From assembly GCA_016927655.1 (NCBI GenBank), contig JAFGMG010000005.1, forward strand, positions 75,991-139,990: DNA of 64,000 bases. The letters run 5' to 3'. Under the pieces are notes generated by a model that was given only the letters and a program-made list of their open reading frames with translations, was not told the origin of the DNA and searched no databases. The translations under genes and the position numbers were made by a program. How positions within the stretch are numbered: position 1 is the stretch's first letter; each line of letters starts with the position of its first letter. Below, in pieces: positions 56,108 through 64,000 of this stretch. The DNA is from Candidatus Dojkabacteria bacterium (GTDB lineage Bacteria; Patescibacteriota; Dojkabacteria; B142; JAFGMG01).

Positions 56108-58450
56108 ATGGAGTTCGAGATATTCATTTTGTCAGGAATATTGTTACTGAATTTCTTTATATTCTTTTCTATTCTCACCTCTAGGGATAGAAGTAGCAGA
56201 AGTAGGAAGCTTTTGTTTGCTGGGATGATCTTTTGGGTGATTGTATGGGTTATTTCCATTTTGATCACTGATCTGTATTTCAATGACGTTCCTATAAATC
56301 TTTGGGCTTCGAGGATATCATTTTTTTCCTCAGGACTTATAGCAATTTTTTATTTCCTGTTTATAGATTCATATCGAAAGGATAAGAGCTCTTATTATAT
56401 TATTGAGAAATTAATTTGGACCCCATTAGTCCTTTTTATTACTGGCATTAGTTTAACCAATATGGTTCTTGAATCGGTGGAAGTCGTGGATGGCCAGCAT
56501 TTGAAATCTCATTTTGGCAGCCTATATTTGTTATTTACCTTATTTATCTCTGTTAACTTTATTTATTCAGCGATAAAGTTCTATAGGATTTTTCGCCAGG
56601 AAGAAAATCCAACTCTTAGATTTCAGATTCTTTATATTTTATTGGGTACTACTGCTTCCATATTTTTCACACTTACAACGAATCTGTTTATTCCTCTCAT
56701 CACAGAAATAGAAATTAGATCTTTAGGACCATTAGGCTTAATATTCTTTTTGGGGTTGACGTATTATGCAATTTTGAGATATAGATTTTTAAGCTTGAGA
56801 ATATTTGTTGGGAAATTTGTTTACTTCACTTTCGTTTCAGTTGTCCCATATATTGCTTTTTTTGCCATCTATTTATTCCAAACAGAGACTTGGGGAAGTA
56901 TTTGGGATCTAAAGGCAATATTTTCAGGATATTTTATTGCAGCGATTTTCGTTTATTTACTTTTTCTTGCTGACAATAAGGTAAGTCATTTTGTACAAAA
57001 AAATATTGTCTATCATAGTTTTGATCCTGAGAAATTAAACAAGCAATTGATTGATACTGTCAGTAAACAACTAGAGTTGGAAGATGTTTTAAATCAGGTA
57101 TATGAAGTAATTGAGAAAGTTTTTCTGCCAAATAGTCTAGATATTTATGTTTTTGATAATCAAAACAAAGTTTTATCTTATAGAGATGAGCATCTTTATA
57201 TTGAGGAAAAAGTTGAACCGGTTTTTGCTAATATCGTTAAAATTATTGATGATGCGGATGATAACGAAATTCTCATGTACAATGAGCTTCTTCTTCAGTA
57301 CATTGATGAGGGAATTCGGGGGTATAGCAAGGAAGACATAGCCGCTATCGTAAAATTTATGAAAGAAAGGAAGTTTGAAATACTCTTGCCTTATCAACAA
57401 AGTAAAAATCAGTTGAGGGTATTGGTTTTTATTGGCTCAAAACAAACAAATTCTGCATACACGATCGGAGAATTAAGGTTTATTAAGGAAATAATTTCAA
57501 GTTCTAATGTGGCAATTGAGAGAGCACTATATCATCAGCAAGTACAAGATCATGCTGTTAGGTTAAAAAGTGAAATCGACAAAGCAACTCAAGAGCTGCA
57601 GCTCAAAAATCAGCAGCTTGAGGAGACTCTTCGTAAAGAGCGCGACATGATGGATATTCTTGGCCACGAGCTTCGTACACCGCTTACAATCGGCAAAAAT
57701 GCAATGAGATATTTAAAGCAGGATTATGAGAAAGACGGGACTGTCACTCCTGAAGTTATGAAAAAATACCTCGCTATGGCGGATGAAAATCTTACCCGTG
57801 AGGCCAGACTCCTGGAAACTCTTCTCTCCACCACGAAAATTGATAATAAAGCTGTCAATCTTCACATTGAAAAAGCCGATCTGGTCGATGCTGTTAATGA
57901 TTCGCTCGACGCATTGAGATTGAAAGCTGAGGAAAGAGGGCTTCAGGTGATTTATAATCCTCCAGCAGAGTCATTTATTTACGCTGATCGCAATAGAACG
58001 CAGGAAATCGTTGATAATCTGATCGATAATGCAATTAAATATACAAAACAGGGATCAATCACAATCGAAATAATACCTGGAGAAAAAGAAACTGCATTTA
58101 GAGTCACTGATACTGGAGTTGGAATTCCGGAAAAAGATCTTGAGAAACTCGGGCAGAAATTCTACAGAATCAACACGTATCTGGATAGCAGCATAGAAAG
58201 TGACTATAAAGTTGTGAGGCCCGGAGGAACCGGCTTAGGGCTATATGTGACTTTCAGTCTTGTGGAGCTGATGGGCGGGAAAGTTCAGGTTGAAAGCGAA
58301 GTCGGCAAAGGTTCAATCTTCACTGTAACACTGCCAACATATACCGGCCAGGCAGAAAAAGATAACGGATATTCAAATGGCAAAACTGTATTTGAAAGGT
58401 TTGAGGAGATGAAGAAGGCGAAACTGGATTCTTCTGAAAATCTCAATTGA
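56108..58450 (+). CDS. Multi-TM sensor histidine kinase (7TM N-terminus, GAF-like, HisKA, HATPase)
   Basis: About 9 TM helices; LGHELRTPL, NLIDNAIKYT, DTGVGI, GGTGLGL. Confidence 0.93.
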   Translation: MEFEIFILSGILLLNFFIFFSILTSRDRSSRSRKLLFAGMIFWVIVWVISILITDLYFNDVPINLWASRISFFSSGLIAIFYFLFIDSYRKDKSSYYIIEKLIWTPLVLFITGISLTNMVLESVEVVDGQHLKSHFGSLYLLFTLFISVNFIYSAIKFYRIFRQEENPTLRFQILYILLGTTASIFFTLTTNLFIPLITEIEIRSLGPLGLIFFLGLTYYAILRYRFLSLRIFVGKFVYFTFVSVVPYIAFFAIYLFQTETWGSIWDLKAIFSGYFIAAIFVYLLFLADNKVSHFVQKNIVYHSFDPEKLNKQLIDTVSKQLELEDVLNQVYEVIEKVFLPNSLDIYVFDNQNKVLSYRDEHLYIEEKVEPVFANIVKIIDDADDNEILMYNELLLQYIDEGIRGYSKEDIAAIVKFMKERKFEILLPYQQSKNQLRVLVFIGSKQTNSAYTIGELRFIKEIISSSNVAIERALYHQQVQDHAVRLKSEIDKATQELQLKNQQLEETLRKERDMMDILGHELRTPLTIGKNAMRYLKQDYEKDGTVTPEVMKKYLAMADENLTREARLLETLLSTTKIDNKAVNLHIEKADLVDAVNDSLDALRLKAEERGLQVIYNPPAESFIYADRNRTQEIVDNLIDNAIKYTKQGSITIEIIPGEKETAFRVTDTGVGIPEKDLEKLGQKFYRINTYLDSSIESDYKVVRPGGTGLGLYVTFSLVELMGGKVQVESEVGKGSIFTVTLPTYTGQAEKDNGYSNGKTVFERFEEMKKAKLDSSENLN

Positions 58451-58470
58451 TTTCTATTAGAATAAATTTA

Positions 58471-58815
58471 TCATGCGCGGGCTCCATTTACTCTTTCTGG
58501 GGGATTTCCGACACTTTTCAATTCGTACTTGTCCAGCATTTTGGGGCATCCCCAATAAGTACTTATTGTTTCTCCAGAAGCAACTGGTCCGGTGATTTCT
58601 ATGCAATATAATTTGGTACCATCCTCAAATATTGCTTTATATGGTGGTTGGCTGATAGTGAATCTGGGTGAAATACCTTCTGTTATTGCATTATTTTCAA
58701 CTCGGACTAATAGTGTTAATTCATGTGGATATAGTTCCCTTCGATTTATAAGATCATTTATTGTCAGTGAAGGTAAAGTATCAGCAGTTAAAGGTTGTGG
58801 TATAGGCTCATCCAT
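58471..58815 (-). CDS. Small hypothetical protein
   Basis: 114-aa ATG ORF with protein-like composition filling the intergenic gap. Confidence 0.55.
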   Translation of the reverse strand: MDEPIPQPLTADTLPSLTINDLINRRELYPHELTLLVRVENNAITEGISPRFTISQPPYKAIFEDGTKLYCIEITGPVASGETISTYWGCPKMLDKYELKSVGNPPERVNGARA

Positions 58816-59012
58816 AATTATTGATATCAGTTAAAGTACTGCCGTAAACTACCATAAATATTCGATCAGTTGTGAAAAGTCATTTATATTTGCTTCAATT
58901 TTCATTTGGGATTAAAATTAATTTTCAATAATTTCCCTCAACTTCTTCTCGGTGCTATACTGGTTCTAGCAGATTTGCCTCTGCTCGACTATATTTGTTA
59001 CTGCAAAACTTC

Positions 59013-60410
59013 ATGGCCGTTCAAATTGACTATTTAGCCCCACGTGGCTGGGAGCCTCAAAATTCAGACGAAGATTATTTAATTGCATATTTCCAGATTT
59101 CACTAAAAGACGGAATTCCTGATGACAAATTTATGGATGCTGCTGCCACGGTTGCAGCTGAGTCGAGTACGGGGACATGGACAGTAGTTGATGAAGGTCC
59201 AAACGCCGGGATGGATAACGCTGAGCAGTATAGAGCTTTAGTCTTTGACATTGATAAAAAGAACAAGCGATTTAAAATTGCATATCCGGCGAATCTCTTT
59301 GAACTTGATAATATGTCTGGAATGCTTGCAGGATTCGCCGGGAATATCGGCGGAATGAAAGCGATCAAAGGCATGAGATTGCTCGATGTCAGATTTCCAA
59401 AAAGAATTGTCAAGGCATTTCCCGGGCCAAAGTTTGGCATACAGGGTCTACGAGACCTTCTGGGTCATTACGATGATATGGATGATAAACTCCGCCAGAA
59501 AATGCCGATCATGGGAACTGTCCCAAAACCAAAGGTCGGAAGGACTGCCGAGCAGCAAGCCGCACTTGCAAGAACTCTTTGGACAGCCGGAGATAATACT
59601 TATGACTTTATCAAAGATGATGAGAATTTGACATCTCTGCCATTTAATAATTTCTACGACAGGACAAAGCTGCTTTTAGAAACTCAGCACGATGTGGAAA
59701 ATACTTCAAAGAATAAAAGATTCACACTGCTAAATGCAACACATTCAAATTTCGAGGAAGTTGTACGAAGAGCTGAAGCGATTAGAGACGGCGGCGGCAG
59801 GTTTGTAATGCTTGATGTTGTTGTCTCGGGTTTCGGGACGCTGCATTCTTTGAGAAATGAAGATCTGGGGCTTGCGATTCATGCCCACCGCGCGATGCAT
59901 GCGTTTATGACCAGACATCAGCAGATCGAGAGCGGCAAGGATATTGTTGATTTTAGTATTTCGATGCTTGTACTGGCAAAAATTTATAGAATGCTTGGTG
60001 TGGATTCACTTCACACCGGTTCTCCAAAGGCAAAAATGGAGGATTATGGAGAAAGTGAAATAATAGCAGAAACGATTTCAACTGACGTTGTGAAGGCTAG
60101 CGAAAAAGATCTGACTCTTGGTCAAAACTGGTTTGGAATGAAAGAATCCTGGCCTGTGGCATCTGGAGGGCTTCATCCGGGCGTGTTAGATAAAGTTGTC
60201 GAAAAATTAGGGCCGAATATATTTATTCAGCTTGGAGGAGGAGTTCTGGGGCATCCTGAGGGTATTTCAAGAGGTGTTGAAGCTGCTCTTGAAGCTAGGA
60301 AAGTGATTGCTGCTGGCGGGACTGTGAAGGAATATGTAAAAAATAAGCCGGATTCTGCACTTGCCAAGGCAGTTGAGCTTTGGGGTTTTGAGCCAAGAGT
60401 GGTATATTGA
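59013..60410 (+). CDS. rbcL: RuBisCO large subunit, form III-like
   Basis: AAESSTGTW, GNIGGMK, PKPKVG, DFIKDDE, HAHRAMH, HTG..AKME, VASGGLHPG, QLGGG..GHP. ATG at 59013 preferred over the track start at 58995. Confidence 0.93.
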   Translation: MAVQIDYLAPRGWEPQNSDEDYLIAYFQISLKDGIPDDKFMDAAATVAAESSTGTWTVVDEGPNAGMDNAEQYRALVFDIDKKNKRFKIAYPANLFELDNMSGMLAGFAGNIGGMKAIKGMRLLDVRFPKRIVKAFPGPKFGIQGLRDLLGHYDDMDDKLRQKMPIMGTVPKPKVGRTAEQQAALARTLWTAGDNTYDFIKDDENLTSLPFNNFYDRTKLLLETQHDVENTSKNKRFTLLNATHSNFEEVVRRAEAIRDGGGRFVMLDVVVSGFGTLHSLRNEDLGLAIHAHRAMHAFMTRHQQIESGKDIVDFSISMLVLAKIYRMLGVDSLHTGSPKAKMEDYGESEIIAETISTDVVKASEKDLTLGQNWFGMKESWPVASGGLHPGVLDKVVEKLGPNIFIQLGGGVLGHPEGISRGVEAALEARKVIAAGGTVKEYVKNKPDSALAKAVELWGFEPRVVY

Positions 60411-60643
60411 TGGACCTCGGACATTGGATATGTATGGAGTGAGAGGTATGTGTCCTAGAACCCTCTGACTTACTTTCTGTCACATTCGGTATGCATGTTC
60501 TGAAACGTTTCATTTAATGGATTTCCATTGAATTTCCATGTTTTTGCAAGTATTTGGCAATTTTTTTGATATAAAATACACTTATATTGGGTGCAGTAAT
60601 AGCAATGTGACAGAAAGTAAGTCAAGGGGTTTACAGACAGCAT

Positions 60644-60892
60644 ATGTTCAGAAACGAAGAGAAAAACTTAATTCGGCCAGATCCAGAAGAAATATCTTCT
60701 AAGTTATTAGAGCTGGCTTTCAAAATAAAACGGATCAGGCACGAACACACCATCACCGTAAGGGAACTTTCGGAGATTACTGGGATCAGCTCTCGCACTA
60801 TATGGAGACTGGAAAACGGCAAAACAGTAAAACTTGAAAGCTTGATCAAAATGCTCTATGTTTTCGGTTGCGATTTACGCATAGAAAACTAG
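60644..60892 (+). CDS. XRE-family HTH protein
   Basis: IKRIRHEHTITVRELSEITGISSRTIWRLENG. Confidence 0.85.
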   Translation: MFRNEEKNLIRPDPEEISSKLLELAFKIKRIRHEHTITVRELSEITGISSRTIWRLENGKTVKLESLIKMLYVFGCDLRIEN

Positions 60893-60899
60893 CTAATTA

Positions 60900-61271
60900 T
60901 CAATAAATCCCTTCAACTCTGTAAGCTGCATTGTACAATTCTACAATTTCCCCTACCCTTTTGCCGATCAGGTTGCGTAAATTCTTCGCATCCACCCAGA
61001 GAGTGACATTAAAATCAATTGAGACAAGTTTGACCCTGGAAGTGAAATTTACAAAAATCTCTCTTCGTCGCTGTCTTTGAAGAATTTTTATCGAGTTCTC
61101 CAGTTTGGCAATACTTTTATCAAGTGCCTGTAATTTTGTCAGGACTCTCAAATATCTGGAATTTTTGAAATCAGGAAGTTCTTTTTCAAGCTTTTTTTTG
61201 AAATGATCCCGGATGACCTTGTACTCCCCTAGTCTCAAGCGCAGCTGAGTCAGAAGTTCTGTGGTGTCCAT
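60900..61271 (-). CDS. Degenerate GreA-like protein
   Basis: Coiled coil (DFKNSRY..LDKSIAKLE), then VNFTSRVKL..LIGKRVGEIV..YRVEGI. ATG at 61271 preferred (track start 61304). Confidence 0.55.
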   Translation of the reverse strand: MDTTELLTQLRLRLGEYKVIRDHFKKKLEKELPDFKNSRYLRVLTKLQALDKSIAKLENSIKILQRQRRREIFVNFTSRVKLVSIDFNVTLWVDAKNLRNLIGKRVGEIVELYNAAYRVEGIY

Positions 61272-61318
61272 TGAAATTATTCTAAAAAATAAACTAACGG
61301 ACACTATAATATTATTAT

Positions 61319-61903
61319 TTATTTGGTGAACTGAAAGTGAAGTCTTGCAAACTCAATAAAGGTCTGCCAATTTGTCCGCTGACTTATACTAAAAATTAAA
61401 CAAGTAGCTAGAAAAACAATTGGTGTAAATACAATTCCAGAAACCAGCTGATTCCTGAAAAATGGAAGCGCATTGATGTAGCTTTGCATAATTCCAGCAA
61501 GATTCTTGTCGTACATCGTGGTGGTAAGAACTACGCCGAAGTTTGTCCAGAGAAAGAAAATAATGTTTGAAAGAAGGCTGCCTCCTGTAGCAAAGAATAG
61601 TTTCTTCTGAGCACTTTTTGACTTCGCAAATTTATTGATGGCAATTCCAATAAACGGGCTTAGCAGGAATGCACTCCAGGTGAAAGTGAAAATGATCGTG
61701 TTGCCAAGCATAAGATCGCTCAAAACCATGATTCCAAGAGGAACAAGATATCCAAGATTCTTACTCTTGAGAAAAAATGGCGCAGTAATGCTCAATGCTG
61801 TGACCATTTCGATATTCGGCCCCATATGATAGATAGTCCTGGTTAGAATGCCGATCAAGGTGAAAGCCCCGATTAGAATCAAATCGGATTTAATGATTTT
61901 CAT
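61319..61903 (-). CDS. DUF6580-like / ECF S-component-like membrane protein, candidate cobalamin transporter
   Basis: About 6 TMs; PN...AL, VPL..M.LSD..LG, FFLWTNFGV, Y..ALPFFRN; lies in the riboswitch-controlled operon. Confidence 0.75.
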   Translation of the reverse strand: MKIIKSDLILIGAFTLIGILTRTIYHMGPNIEMVTALSITAPFFLKSKNLGYLVPLGIMVLSDLMLGNTIIFTFTWSAFLLSPFIGIAINKFAKSKSAQKKLFFATGGSLLSNIIFFLWTNFGVVLTTTMYDKNLAGIMQSYINALPFFRNQLVSGIVFTPIVFLATCLIFSISQRTNWQTFIEFARLHFQFTK

Positions 61904-61921
61904 TATTCAATTTTATAATAA

Positions 61922-62374
61922 TTAGAATTGAATTTCGTCAATTACGAATTTTAAGCTGTCTCCTTCTTTAAGTTCATAGTCGCTGACTCCGACTGGAGCG
62001 TCTTCTCCATTTATCTGGAATTTCCAGAACTGGTTGCTTGCTGGTGTGACTCCACCAATAGAGCTAATCATTACTCCAAAGTCATACTCATCGTATTCGA
62101 AAGTGAAGTCTGAATTCGCAGTTAAATTGTTTAGAGCGTCAAATGCGCTTTGGCCTTCCTGTACGCTTGCTTGATAGGTTGCGGTATCAGTGATTTCAAC
62201 AGGTACTGTAAATACATTTGCTATGTCTGATTGCTGCTCTTGCTGTTCTTCCTGGACATCGTTTGTGTCTGAGTCGCTATTTGAAATGAGATAATAACCA
62301 AGGCCGATGAGTGCTGCAATTATGACTAGTGCAGCTGCTAGCGGGGCGAGTTTTCTTGCATTTTGTTTTTGCAT
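61922..62374 (-). CDS. DUF4430 (transcobalamin C-terminal-like) membrane-anchored protein, candidate B12 binder
   Basis: SAFDAL..FGVMISSIGG..FWKFQINGE.APVGVSDYELKEGD. Confidence 0.88.
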   Translation of the reverse strand: MQKQNARKLAPLAAALVIIAALIGLGYYLISNSDSDTNDVQEEQQEQQSDIANVFTVPVEITDTATYQASVQEGQSAFDALNNLTANSDFTFEYDEYDFGVMISSIGGVTPASNQFWKFQINGEDAPVGVSDYELKEGDSLKFVIDEIQF

Positions 62375-62398
62375 CGAAACAATTTAATAAATATAAAT

Positions 62399-62424
62399 AA
62401 AAAAAACTCCCCCAAGCTGGAGAG
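62399..62424 (-). terminator. Intrinsic terminator in the riboswitch expression platform
   Basis: Minus strand ctctcc-agcttg-ggggag followed by T8, between the aptamer and the ATG at 62374. Confidence 0.6.
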
Positions 62425-62465
62425 ATTATTTAAAAAAATAATTTCCTGCTCGGGATATTGTAGAC

Positions 62466-62553
62466 AATTCTCAGGTTCGGACTCTAACCGTTGCGGCACA
62501 GTGCGGGAATTTCCAAAATTTAAAAAGCTGGATCACCCGGTTCACTGAAAAAT
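62466..62553 (-). ncRNA. Cobalamin riboswitch (short AdoCbl-variant / class II type)
   Basis: Minus strand: ttttcagtgaaccgggtga...aattcccgcactgtgccgcaacggttagagtccgaacctgagaa carries the GAA..GGUGA..AAUUCC..ACUGU..CGCAACGGU..AGUCCGA hallmarks; ttttcag/ctgagaa can close the stem. Confidence 0.85.
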
Positions 62554-62563
62554 CGTCATGATG

Positions 62564-62592
62564 ACTTTACCCCGGGAAATTTTTTATGTCAA
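62564..62592 (-). promoter_or_regulatory. Sigma70 promoter for the riboswitch operon
   Basis: Minus strand TTGACA-17 nt-TAAAGT immediately upstream of the aptamer. Confidence 0.75.
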
Positions 62593-62642
62593 GGATTTTT
62601 CTTCGAGAGCAAACTTTGTATTGTCGGGTACTACTCCTGGCG

Positions 62643-62702
62643 CACTATTGAAAAATCGACATTTATGACACATACAGCATATTTGTCGATTTTTCGACAG
62701 TG
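62643..62702. repeat. 60-bp imperfect palindrome, copy 2
   Basis: cactattgaaaaatcgaca-tttatg-acacatacag-catattt-gtcgatttttcgacagtg; same length and arms as 1805-1864, different loop. Confidence 0.9.
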
Positions 62703-62740
62703 AGTCCTAAAGTACTATAGTCTTGGATATAGTTTTATGT

Positions 62741-64000
62741 TTATAAATCTTCAAACCAATCAGATTCGCCATCTTGTTTATCTTGGACTAATACATTGTA
62801 TTTCGACTTAAGAAGGGTTCGGATCTTATCTGCAGTTTCAAAATCGTTTGATTTTTTTGCGATTGCTCTTTGTTCAATAAGATCTTCTATTTGATTATAT
62901 TGATCATCAGTAAACACTCTAGGCATAACCTCGTTTGTTGTTAGTTTCAATCCAAGCACTTTATCGAATTCGAGTATCGTTGCGCGTTTGTCAGCATCTG
63001 GTTCTTCTGATTTAAGAATATCCCAGACTACTGCTAGAGCTTGCGGGAGATTGAAATCAGTTTCGAGTGACTCATCGAATTTCTTTTTATATTCTGAAAG
63101 TATTTTGCCGCCCTTTTGCATTTCTCTAAGTGTTGCAACAAGTTTCTTCCTTGCACTTTTTGCCCCTTCCAGTGCCTCCCAGGTGAAATTCTGCCTGGAT
63201 CTGTAGTGGGCCTGCAGTAGGAAATAGCGATAGTCCAGCGGATCGTAGCCTTTTTCTATTAATTGATCTAATGTGTAAATATTACCAAGCGACTTCGACA
63301 TTTTGCCTCCATCGATTAGAAGCATTTCGTGATGAAGCCAGTAATTTGCAAATTTCTTTCCATACCCGCACTCGCTCTGGGCAATCTCATTTGTATGGTG
63401 AACTTGTATATGCTCTACCCCGCCCATGTGAATATCAATCGGCTGGCCAAGGGTGTCTTCTGCCATGGCTGAACATTCTATGTGCCAGCCTGGGAAACCT
63501 GCTAGTATCGGCTGATCAATCCCTTTGAATTTTTTCTCCCATGTCTGCAGCGCGTTTGCATGAGAGCCGGTTTTGAAGAACCAGACGGCAAAATCATACG
63601 GCTTCTTTTTACCCGGATCATCTTCTCCTCCATGCCCTGCCCCGCCTATATTTTTCTCTAGATTTTGCCGGTTGAGTTCATTATATTTTGGAAATTTGTC
63701 TACCTCGAAATAGATCGCTTTGTCTGTAGCATATGCAAAACCTTTATTGATCAAATTCTGCACGAGTTCTACCATTTGGTCTATGTATTCTGTCGCTTTT
63801 GTTTCAAACGTTGGTTTTTCTACATTTAACTTCGTAAGATCGTCATGATAAATTTTTGTATATTTTTCTGTAATTTCTTTAGGGCTTAGGCCTTCCCGTT
63901 TTGCACCTTTTGCAATTTTGTCCTCTCCTTCATCGCCATCGCTGACAAGATGCCCGACGTCGGTGATATTTCTGGTGTATTTCACATCGTAGCCAAGAAA
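62741..64000 (-). CDS. cysS: Cysteinyl-tRNA synthetase (5' end outside the window)
   Basis: NITDVGH, DFAVW, GFPGWHIECSAM, IDIHMGG.EH..VHHTNEIAQSE, KMSKSLGN, ADKIR. Confidence 0.98.
   Translation of the reverse strand, partial: FLGYDVKYTRNITDVGHLVSDGDEGEDKIAKGAKREGLSPKEITEKYTKIYHDDLTKLNVEKPTFETKATEYIDQMVELVQNLINKGFAYATDKAIYFEVDKFPKYNELNRQNLEKNIGGAGHGGEDDPGKKKPYDFAVWFFKTGSHANALQTWEKKFKGIDQPILAGFPGWHIECSAMAEDTLGQPIDIHMGGVEHIQVHHTNEIAQSECGYGKKFANYWLHHEMLLIDGGKMSKSLGNIYTLDQLIEKGYDPLDYRYFLLQAHYRSRQNFTWEALEGAKSARKKLVATLREMQKGGKILSEYKKKFDESLETDFNLPQALAVVWDILKSEEPDADKRATILEFDKVLGLKLTTNEVMPRVFTDDQYNQIEDLIEQRAIAKKSNDFETADKIRTLLKSKYNVLVQDKQDGESDWFEDL

Noticed and set aside
59013-60410. Evidence for Calvin-cycle autotrophy
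   Set aside because: No rbcS or prk in the window, and the sequence is form III-like, which is normally linked to nucleoside salvage.
62363-62548. 61-aa + strand ORF
   Set aside because: It is antisense to the riboswitch leader, which explains the region better.

Overview
This is a gene-dense, AT-rich bacterial chromosomal window using the standard code (TGA is a stop). The gene content points to a Patescibacteria/CPR organism, possibly Dojkabacteria-like, but that is inference: form III-like RuBisCO, 2-oxoacid:ferredoxin oxidoreductase, membrane-anchored surface proteins, a CPR-type VirB6-like protein and many apparently leaderless genes. Housekeeping genes include pyrG, folC, korAB-type genes, pduO, a cyclophilin, dinD and cysS. 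Four accessory loci stand out. (1) 12.6-29.6 kb: a VirB6-like gene among long, signal-less coiled-coil proteins with glycine-rich hydrophobic hairpins, most paired with a small acidic helical partner (candidate secreted effector/partner array). (2) 36.6-48.6 kb: a 3589-aa membrane-anchored RHS toxin with an S8 protease, a PVL-type lectin propeller spliced into the RHS repeats and a colicin E5-like tip, followed by a likely immunity gene. (3) 48.9-58.5 kb: a regulator-rich small-molecule sensing/modifying island. (4) 61.3-62.6 kb: a cobalamin riboswitch controlling a two-gene candidate B12 uptake unit. Two unexplained non-coding repeats also occur: a 60-bp hairpin present twice about 61 kb apart, and a palindromic 23-bp inverted pair flanking the SPFH gene. 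No tRNA, rRNA, CRISPR array, transposase or integrase was recognised. All family assignments come from motif recognition by eye, not from database searches.
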